In this document: positions 1 to 7,506 of the stretch, one piece after another | Layout: each line of letters opens with the position of its first letter | Position numbering within the stretch: position 1 is the stretch's first letter | Assembly (NCBI GenBank): GCA_019058315.1 | Contig: JAHPZH010000009.1 | Span: 1 to 64,000, forward strand | Reading direction: 5' to 3' | Length of the DNA stretch: 64,000 nucleotides | From: Candidatus Helarchaeota archaeon | GTDB taxonomy: Archaea; Asgardarchaeota; Lokiarchaeia; Helarchaeales; RDOG01 | The notes under the pieces: generated by a model | Told to the model about the DNA's origin: nothing | Database searches by the model: none | The model's input: only the letters and a program-made list of their open reading frames with translations | Position numbers and translations under genes: made by a program

Positions 1-345
1 TAGACAATTTGAATAAAGATTTGGATAGGGAAATAGAACAATTGAATCAAAAGAAAAAACCTGAGAAATTAAGTGAGTTAGACAATTTGAATAAAGATTT
101 GGATAAGCAAATAGAACAATTGAATCAAAAGAACAAACCTGAGAAATTAAGTGAGTTAGACAATTTGAATAAAGATTTAGATAGGCAAATAGAACAATTG
201 AATCAAAAGAATAAACCTGAGAAATTAAGTGAGTTAGACAATTTGAATAAAGATTTGGATAGGAAAATGGAAGAATTGAATCAAAATAAAGAATCTAAAG
301 ACTTAGACGAATTAGATAAATTAAATCAAAAATTAGACAAGGAGA
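1..345 (+). repeat. 78-bp (26-aa) intragenic tandem repeat: 3 near-identical copies plus 2 degenerate ones
   Basis: TAGACAATTTGAATAAAGATTT recurs at 1, 79, 157 and 235; degenerate copy at 313. Confidence 0.95.
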
Positions 346-1862
346 TTCAACACCTAAATCATGAAAAAATCAGTGAAAATAAAGATGAGTTGAGTGTATC
401 CAATAGTGAAGAAAAGGATTTTGCTAAAGATTTTAAGCAAGAAACAATTGAAAAACCAATTGAAGATACAGTAAAAGAATTAGATGAATGGCTAAAAAAT
501 AACAAATTAGAACGACTAGAAGAACAAATTCAACACGAAAGGCTTGAAAATGAAAGCGATTGGGTATTAAAAGAAAAAATAGACAAATTAAGTTATATCA
601 TAGATGGGGTTAGAGATGTAGAATTTAGAACTCGATACCTCGATAATAAAGATCTTGAATCGTTTAATAAAATGGTTGATGCAGCCAATCGATTGGAAAA
701 TCAGCTTGAAAAATTAAACGAACGACTTCAAGGAAGAATAGAGGAGTTAAAAACTACTAATACGACTCCAAATGAAAAACTGGACCATTTAAATAAATTT
801 TTTCAAAATGAAAAGCGATTCAATGATTTTAAAGAAGATATTCAAAGTACGACATTAAAGGAATATAATAAGACACTTGACAAGGTTAAAGAATTACAAA
901 ATGATGTAGAAAAGTTAAATGAGCGATTACGAAGGGAAATTACAGATTCAAATAGGAATGCTCTAACTAATAAAGGAAGAAAAGATTTAAACCAAAGCAA
1001 TGCTGAAAAAACTAAGAGTCTAGAAGAAAAAACGGAACAACCCAAGATCAAGGATAATTATTTCAATAAAATTAACACTAAAGAAAAAGCTTATTGGCTT
1101 GGTTTTTTTTATGCGGATGGATGTATGGAGGAATATAAGCAGAATCCTGATAAACATCGCCTAAAAGTAGAAATCCATAAAGATGATGAGTTCTTAATTG
1201 ATTCTCTAATAAATGATTTAAATCTAAATAATGGAAGCAAAGAGACCTCGAATAGGGATAATACACTGATTGTAAGGACCGGAAATAAAAAAATAACCAA
1301 TGATTTAATTAAACATGGAGTTGTACCAAGAAAATCCAAAATAATTACACTTCCCGAATTAAATGATAAGGGGTTAAATCTTGCATTCTTACTTGGATAT
1401 TATGATGGAGATGGAAAAAAAGGTACAACTGAAATTTCTACAGGTAGTAAAGAATTTTTAGAACAAATTAAAAAGAAATATAATATAAAAAATAAAATTA
1501 ATACCGATACGTCTGGTAAAGGTGTAGCTCACAAAATGTATCTAGGTGCAAGATTGTTTAATGAAATGATGGATAACTACGAAAACAGCTTACCAAGAAA
1601 AAGACGTCATTTCTGTACAAACGAAGAACGGATTGAACGTGCAAAAGAAGCAGGTAGAAAAAATACCGGGAAAAAGAAGTTTGAAATATCAAAAATAGAA
1701 CTTGAAAAACTTGTATGGAAAATACCAACAACAAAAATTGCAGAAAAGTTTGGAGTTACTGATAAAGCAATTGCCAAGCGATGTAAGAAATATGGGATTG
1801 AAAAGCCACCAAGGGGATATTGGGCAAAAAAAAGAGCCAGAAAAAAAAGTAAAAATAAATAA
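1..1862 (+). CDS. 5'-truncated coiled-coil repeat protein with C-terminal two-motif LAGLIDADG endonuclease-like domain and HTH (KPPRGYW) tail
   Basis: Frame is open to the window edge; motifs YWLGFFYADG and AFLLGYYDGDG; C-terminal IAEKFGVTDKAIAKRCKKYGIEKPPRGYW helix-turn-helix. Confidence 0.8.
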   Translation, partial: DNLNKDLDREIEQLNQKKKPEKLSELDNLNKDLDKQIEQLNQKNKPEKLSELDNLNKDLDRQIEQLNQKNKPEKLSELDNLNKDLDRKMEELNQNKESKDLDELDKLNQKLDKEIQHLNHEKISENKDELSVSNSEEKDFAKDFKQETIEKPIEDTVKELDEWLKNNKLERLEEQIQHERLENESDWVLKEKIDKLSYIIDGVRDVEFRTRYLDNKDLESFNKMVDAANRLENQLEKLNERLQGRIEELKTTNTTPNEKLDHLNKFFQNEKRFNDFKEDIQSTTLKEYNKTLDKVKELQNDVEKLNERLRREITDSNRNALTNKGRKDLNQSNAEKTKSLEEKTEQPKIKDNYFNKINTKEKAYWLGFFYADGCMEEYKQNPDKHRLKVEIHKDDEFLIDSLINDLNLNNGSKETSNRDNTLIVRTGNKKITNDLIKHGVVPRKSKIITLPELNDKGLNLAFLLGYYDGDGKKGTTEISTGSKEFLEQIKKKYNIKNKINTDTSGKGVAHKMYLGARLFNEMMDNYENSLPRKRRHFCTNEERIERAKEAGRKNTGKKKFEISKIELEKLVWKIPTTKIAEKFGVTDKAIAKRCKKYGIEKPPRGYWAKKRARKKSKNK

Positions 1863-1879
1863 TTAATATTTGTATTTAA

Positions 1880-1981
1880 TGGAACGGGAGGGATTCGAAC
1901 CCTCGACCTCTGCCTCGTAAGGGCAGCATCATAACCATTTTTCCAACCATTAAATCAATTTGGTTTCTAGACAACCGTTCC
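1880..1981 (-). tRNA. tRNA-Val(UAC) with ~28-nt D-loop intron (15/16, ~1939-1966)
   Basis: GGAACGG acceptor, CTGCC-CT-TAC-GA-GGCAG anticodon arm, GAGGG-TTCGAAT-CCCTC T-arm; AACCA/TGGTT hairpin insert in the D-loop. Confidence 0.92.
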
Positions 1982-2147
1982 AATTTTTATAAAGCTAATA
2001 ATAATTAATATTAAATATTTTTTAATTTTTAGAAGATTTTTGTTCTCAAATGTAGGAGTTCAATATAATTGATAATAATAATTATTTCGCATATAATGTA
2101 AATCTGATTAACTATTTTTTTAATGAATTATTATTCGGAAAAGCTAA

Positions 2148-2762
2148 ATGGAACTTATTAAAATCGAAGTGAATAAAATGGAACAAGAAGAATCTTTCAA
2201 AGCGGAAAATTTTGCACTTTTTTTGAAATATCTGGATATTGCTTGTAGAAATATCAAAGACATGTATTATCATATACCAATAGCAAGTTCTACTAATACT
2301 ATTTATCGCGAACGTGTTTATACTTATGAACTATATCATCAACTTCGAAATATCTTGGGTTTAAATTTTTATTATGATATTAATGGAGAACTGTTAAAAA
2401 GCAGATTTACTCTAATGCAAACAGAGACGACACCAGATCTATTAATACATAAATCAAACGAGAGGAACAATCTGGTGGTTATTGAAGTTAAATCAACAGA
2501 AATAAATAAAAGTAGTAGATATTCGGAAGTTAGAAATGATGTTAATAAAATTAACCATTTTCTGAATTTAGATGAACGAGACATATATTACCGAGGAATA
2601 TTACTTATTTATGGGGATGAAATGTTAGAAAATAGACCACTAGAAATCATAAATGGATTACAAAGACAAGAAATTTTATTCCTGAGACATAGTAAAGTGA
2701 AAAATGGCATCAAGAAATTGGTTTGGGAAAGAAAAAGAAATGGAACTTTTAAGGAAAAATAA
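2148..2762 (+). CDS. PD-(D/E)XK restriction-endonuclease-like protein
   Basis: ERVYTYELYHQLR ... TPDLLIH ... LVVIEVKS motifs. Confidence 0.65.
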   Translation: MELIKIEVNKMEQEESFKAENFALFLKYLDIACRNIKDMYYHIPIASSTNTIYRERVYTYELYHQLRNILGLNFYYDINGELLKSRFTLMQTETTPDLLIHKSNERNNLVVIEVKSTEINKSSRYSEVRNDVNKINHFLNLDERDIYYRGILLIYGDEMLENRPLEIINGLQRQEILFLRHSKVKNGIKKLVWERKRNGTFKEK

Positions 2763-2945
2763 TGAAGATTATGATTAAATAGTAATATAGAATAAACAGG
2801 GAATATCAAATGAAAAATAAATGAAAATCCAAAAAACAAAACCAAAAATATTAAATTCAATTTATTTATATAAGATATTTAAATAGTTATTTTAATATTA
2901 GAATGTTTTAAACTGTGAGGTTAAATATAACTAGGAGGCTAAAAA

Positions 2946-3788
2946 ATCACAATAGCAATTTCAATTAAAGTGAATGACGGGATTGTTTTAGCATCTGATA
3001 GTGCAACAACTATGATGGGAAAGATTCCTAGAGGACAGACTGGGGTTATAAATATATATGAATATGCAGATAAAATTTTTAATTTAAAGAAAGGTTTACC
3101 CATTGGGGCAATTACATATGGATCTGGGAGTATTGGACAAGCATCGATTTCAACTCTCGCAAAAGACTTCAGAAAATTGATTACAGAAGAACGAAATGAA
3201 TGGAAAGTCGATTCCAAAAATTATACTATAGAAGAAGTAGCAAATAAATTTAAAAAATTTATTTTTGATGAAAATTATGAAGTAGAATTTAAAGAATGGC
3301 CGAAAAAACCTATGTTAGGTTTTATGATTGTTGGGTATTCTTCAAATGAATCCTTAGCAGAGGAATGGAGAATTGATATAAAGAATGGAAAATGTAATGG
3401 ACCAAGTATTATAAGAAAAAAAGAAACAACAGGGATAAGTTGGAGTGGTGAGGGAGAAGTAATTTCTAGAATATATTTTGGTGTGAGTCCAAACTTAAAA
3501 AATATATTGCAAATGTGTGGTTTGGAAAAATCTAAGATTCAAGAAACAGTTAATTTATGTCGTAAACATTTACAAGTTCCTATGGTTATCCCTGCTATGC
3601 CAATACAAGATGCCATTGATTTGGCAGTTTACCTTGTAGAAACAACCATAAAATTCATGAGATACGCTCCGGGTGCTGCGACTGTTGGAGGTCCTATTGA
3701 AGTTGCAGCTATTACAAAACACGAAGGTTTTAAATGGGTCAAAAGGAAACATTATTATGATACAACCTTGAATCCAAAAATGGGGTGA
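2946..3788 (+). CDS. Proteasome-beta/HslV-like Ntn-hydrolase (not the housekeeping PsmB); probable ATC start giving (M)TIAISIKVNDGIVLASDS
   Basis: In-frame extension to ATC at 2946 behind AGGAGG (2933-2938) restores an N-terminal Thr; Asp17 (ASDS), Lys33-like (ADKIF) and TVGGPIEVA motifs. Confidence 0.75.
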   Translation: MTIAISIKVNDGIVLASDSATTMMGKIPRGQTGVINIYEYADKIFNLKKGLPIGAITYGSGSIGQASISTLAKDFRKLITEERNEWKVDSKNYTIEEVANKFKKFIFDENYEVEFKEWPKKPMLGFMIVGYSSNESLAEEWRIDIKNGKCNGPSIIRKKETTGISWSGEGEVISRIYFGVSPNLKNILQMCGLEKSKIQETVNLCRKHLQVPMVIPAMPIQDAIDLAVYLVETTIKFMRYAPGAATVGGPIEVAAITKHEGFKWVKRKHYYDTTLNPKMG

Positions 3789-3792
3789 TTAA

Positions 3793-4107
3793 ATGAATTT
3801 TTCTGCTAATTTTGAATTAGAAAATTTAAATCCGAAGACATGGTTATTTGGGAGAGAAATAGACTTAGACTATCAACTATTGGTAATAAATTCAGTTAGT
3901 ATTGATTTCTTAGGCTTTCAAGAGATTCCAAATTATAAATTTGAAACTAAACAATTCAAAAATCTTGATCTAATAATGGATTTCGAAATAGACTCTGATT
4001 TTGAGCTGAATACTGATTTTATTTATGATAAAGGAACCAAAGTAAAGTTTAAACCTAAAAAAATAAAAAAAATTGAAATAATTGAACCATTAGATGATGA
4101 TTTTTAA
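3793..4107 (+). CDS. Small hypothetical protein with acidic C-terminus
   Basis: 104-aa ORF 4 bp after the upstream stop; its stop overlaps the next ATG (TAATG). Confidence 0.55.
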   Translation: MNFSANFELENLNPKTWLFGREIDLDYQLLVINSVSIDFLGFQEIPNYKFETKQFKNLDLIMDFEIDSDFELNTDFIYDKGTKVKFKPKKIKKIEIIEPLDDDF

Positions 4108-4698
4108 TGGAAAAACCCTTAAAAAAAAAATACTATTATATTTGATAGTTGGTATGAAATTGTCACAGATGACTTAATTTTCCAAGGAGATATTTTAGAA
4201 AATTTTGAATATGCAACAGATTATGACTTGAAATTAAAAGAGGCTCTTCATTTAGAAAGTGATATCATAATATTGTCTCAAAGTTGTGACTTAGAAATCA
4301 GAAAATCTAAAATGAGACCTAATTTAAGAAATGTAATAATTTCTCCAATTCTTTATTATAATGAGGCAATAAAAAATCAAAAAATTACATTAGGTACGGA
4401 TTTCAAAGAAGCAATGAGAAGGGGATATATTCCTCATTGCTTTTTATTAAAAGAAATTAATTTTCCATCAATTAAAAAAGAATTGGGAATTGTAAGTTTT
4501 AGAGAAGTTGCATTAGTAAGATTTGAAGATTTAATGGATGTAGTAAGCAAAGACCAAGAAAGGATTAGAATGAAGTCTCCATATAGAGAGGCCCTCTCTC
4601 AAGCTTTTGGTAATTTTATTATGAGAGTAGGAAAGCCAGAAGAAATACCAGAATATTCAAAGAGATTAAAGGTAACCAAATTTAACGTGGATGATTAA
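4107..4698 (+). CDS. QGD...SQSCD-motif hypothetical protein (possible MazF/PemK-like fold), frameshifted at an A10 tract (4121-4130)
   Basis: ATG 4107 joins the WYEIV..FQGDILE..SQSCDL..RMKSPYRE..RVG frame only if one A of the A10 run is removed. Confidence 0.6.
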
Positions 4699-4813
4699 TA
4701 ATACCAAGAAAAAGTGTTTTTATCATTTCCATCAAAATAAATTGCACAAATTAAATCCTTTTTAGGTCTATTTTAAAATTAGTAATAAATAATTTAGATC
4801 TTTTATTTTCTTT

Positions 4814-5482
4814 TCAAATTTTCGGAAAGAAACGTCCAGTTTTAGAGACATAATCATCATAAATCTCACCAAATATTTCTCGTAACATTTTTTCTTCCTC
4901 TCTAGCTTGGTAAGGGAGTGCTAGAAAACCAATCAAACCGAAAAATATTATCCAAGCTCCAGTTGCTAGAAAAATGAAAAGATTTTCAAACACTCCTGCA
5001 ATGTATGCTGGATGGCGAATATATTTATATGGTCCCCCAGTTGCAAGCACATATTTTTCTTCTTTCATTTGGCTGGTACAAGGAGTGTAATTGACATTAT
5101 AAATAAAAGTGAATGTTACCCAAACGCCAAGAACCCACATTCCAATAATACCTATCCAATTCACCCATATTGGAAGATCGATAATGAATATTAAATTATA
5201 ATCCGAAAAACCAAATATATAATGAAAAACCAAGTCAACTAATATGAAGTAAGAAAAACCTATCCCAAAACTGACTGCTATCTGTGACAATCTCCCTCCG
5301 GGTTTTCGCTTATTATTGATTGGAGCATTTCTATTTATTATAATAGACCCATTAGGTAATTTATTTCCTCGAATTCGCTTAATGATCGGAGGAAGAATAA
5401 ATTTGAGTGTCCATATACCAAAAATGGTGAATAATAATATAAAAATAAATAAAGTGATAAAAACACCTACAAAGAATGAAAT
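4814..5482 (-). CDS. Isoprenylcysteine carboxyl methyltransferase (STE14/ICMT)-family membrane protein
   Basis: GGPYKYIRHPAY and EEKML..FG..Y..Y...TGRFFP motifs; frame stays open and hydrophobic 64 codons upstream of the TTG at 5290, so the start is uncertain (ATT 5482 or a frameshift). Confidence 0.75.
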   Translation of the reverse strand: MSFFVGVFITLFIFILLFTIFGIWTLKFILPPIIKRIRGNKLPNGSIIINRNAPINNKRKPGGRLSQIAVSFGIGFSYFILVDLVFHYIFGFSDYNLIFIIDLPIWVNWIGIIGMWVLGVWVTFTFIYNVNYTPCTSQMKEEKYVLATGGPYKYIRHPAYIAGVFENLFIFLATGAWIIFFGLIGFLALPYQAREEEKMLREIFGEIYDDYVSKTGRFFPKI

Positions 5483-5611
5483 AACTTAAGCAATAAATAC
5501 ATGGTTTCTTTTTTTAGATTTTCCTATATTGAAAGTTTTTATCTTTTTTAAGTTTTTTAAAAAGAAGGCTAGCTTTCCATTATTTGACGAAAAGAGGTTC
5601 TTTTAGCGAAT

Positions 5612-6106
5612 TCAATTGTCCTTTTCCTTCTGCAGAAATTTACTCAATTCGAGAAGATCCTCTGTCCTTCCTTCGAAGTCAATAGATTCAACTGAGTTTT
5701 TATTTGCTCCCGCTATTTCCCTTGACACTTTTAATTTAATTCGCCTATTTACATAAGCCCACCTTTGACTTAAATACAACATTAACCATCCCACAAAGGG
5801 TATGACTGGCAAGTCCACGAGAAAGAACGAAGCCAGCATTACTGGTTCCCAAGAGTCAGGCAAATGGTTTTCTTTAAAGGATTTTTCGTCTGCTAGGATT
5901 TCGACGCAATATTCCGAATTTGCGATATTTTTCAGGAAGCGAAATAACTCCATAGTATTCTCAGGAAAGCCAAACTCCTCGCTATTTTCTGGAAGTAGGA
6001 TAAGATTGGCATTTTTTATATTAGGTAGATTGATTCGTTGTTCTGAAGCTTTCTCTATCCATTCCTTTAAAGTTAACTTTTCTTTGGAATTAGTAATTCG
6101 ATACAT
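5612..6106 (-). CDS. Hypothetical protein with one hydrophobic segment
   Basis: 164-aa ORF, somewhat higher GC than flanks; no family recognised. Confidence 0.55.
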   Translation of the reverse strand: MYRITNSKEKLTLKEWIEKASEQRINLPNIKNANLILLPENSEEFGFPENTMELFRFLKNIANSEYCVEILADEKSFKENHLPDSWEPVMLASFFLVDLPVIPFVGWLMLYLSQRWAYVNRRIKLKVSREIAGANKNSVESIDFEGRTEDLLELSKFLQKEKDN

Positions 6107-6217
6107 TTCTTTGCCCTAGTTCAATGGTTTTAATTTAGATTTATTTGTTACATTCAATCAAGAATTAATGTTTATATTTACAATCTTTTTTCATTAATTA
6201 AAATTATTAAAAATTCT

Positions 6218-7183
6218 CTAATTTTCTCCAAAATGATTTTTCAAAATAAATTTTGCAAAGAATTTACTAATTGGAGGAGGTACTGCTTCTCCGACTTGAT
6301 TATATTGTTGATTTGGGTTTCCAAAAAAGATAAAATCATCTGGAAAACCTTGTAGTCGTGCTTGTTCTCTAACTGTCAAAATTCTTGACTCATAAGGATG
6401 AATATATCTACTAGTTCCTAAAATAGTGGGACAAATTTGATCAGGATATAATTTCCGCCAATTAGTATTAATCTGCTTGACTGCTTGGTAAAAAACAGCA
6501 GAATCTCCCCATCTTATTTTTAATATTTTTTTCATTTTCTTCTCTGATAAAGGAATAAATTCATGATTAGGAATATTGTGTCTTGTTCTAGGATCTGGTA
6601 AAGATTCTAATACTTTAATAACTGAAATATCCATTAATCTTTCATTCTTTTTAAAATCTATTTTAAAATTTGTAATAAACAATCTTGATCTTTTACTTGC
6701 GCTTCCAAAATTTTGTGCTTTTAAGATATTAAAATAAATTTTTTGATATCCAACACTTTTAAATTCATCGATTAAATAACCCTTCAATTCTGATATTCCT
6801 AATTGTGGAACATTTTCCATGATAAATAATTTAGGTGAAATATCTCCAATTAACCTAATGGTGTGTAAAACAAGACGACCTTGTTCATCCAAGAAAATTC
6901 TATCTAAAGGATTTTTTTGTCGTCTTTTATTTGCATTTGTAAATGCTTCGCATGGTGGGGAGGCAATAATAACATCAATGGAATTATTTATTATTTTTAA
7001 AATATCTAATGCATGTAATTCCCTAATATCTGCTGTTATAATTTTATTATCTGGAAAATTTAATCTATAGGTTTTGCATACAATTGAATCGATATCAATA
7101 GCTAATTTTATATTGTAGGGGGAATCTTTAAACCCCCAACTAAAACCTCCTGCTCCACAAAATAAATCGATAACTTTGATCAT
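6218..7183 (-). CDS. dcm: DNA (cytosine-5)-methyltransferase, no adjacent cognate restriction enzyme
   Basis: Motif I DLFCGAGG, IV SPPC, VI MENV, IX REQARLQGFP, X QVGEAVPP. Confidence 0.92.
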   Translation of the reverse strand: MIKVIDLFCGAGGFSWGFKDSPYNIKLAIDIDSIVCKTYRLNFPDNKIITADIRELHALDILKIINNSIDVIIASPPCEAFTNANKRRQKNPLDRIFLDEQGRLVLHTIRLIGDISPKLFIMENVPQLGISELKGYLIDEFKSVGYQKIYFNILKAQNFGSASKRSRLFITNFKIDFKKNERLMDISVIKVLESLPDPRTRHNIPNHEFIPLSEKKMKKILKIRWGDSAVFYQAVKQINTNWRKLYPDQICPTILGTSRYIHPYESRILTVREQARLQGFPDDFIFFGNPNQQYNQVGEAVPPPISKFFAKFILKNHFGEN

Positions 7184-7205
7184 TTAAAATAATCCATTTG
7201 AGTTT

Positions 7206-7274
7206 TTTCGAAATGTTTGTTAATACATTTCAAAATGTTTGTTAATGAAAAAAGTTTTCAAATTGTTTGTTAAT
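7206..7274. repeat. Three 19-bp direct repeats TTTCRAAWTGTTTGTTAAT
   Basis: Copies at 7206-7224, 7228-7246 and 7256-7274. Confidence 0.9.
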
Positions 7275-7309
7275 ATGAACTATAAACTTAAACTAATTAA
7301 TAAAGGAAC

Positions 7310-7466
7310 TTTTTATAGTCACTTTTTTTCAACACTATCAATTTTGGAATTTTTCATAGACACTTTTTACTAATCTTACTTTTTTCAGTCACTCTTGGAG
7401 TTTAACTATGATTTTATAGACATAAGCTTTTGAAATAGAAAACTCTTAAAATTTTAGGACACTTAA
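7310..7466. promoter_or_regulatory. Five phased TTTT..AG(T/A)CAC/T motifs, putative protein-binding array
   Basis: G(T/A)CA cores at 7318, 7359, 7388, 7419 and 7458. Confidence 0.5.
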
Positions 7467-7506
7467 ATGTAAAAGAAAAGTAGAGAATGGAGAATTACCT
7501 ACGTTA

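Noticed and set aside
2148-7183. PD-(D/E)XK nuclease and C5 methyltransferase as a type II restriction-modification pair
   Set aside because: They are 3.4 kb apart on opposite strands with unrelated genes between; no evidence they are cognate
7206-7274. Possible CRISPR array
   Set aside because: Gaps between the repeats are only 3 and 9 bp, and there are no cas genes in the window
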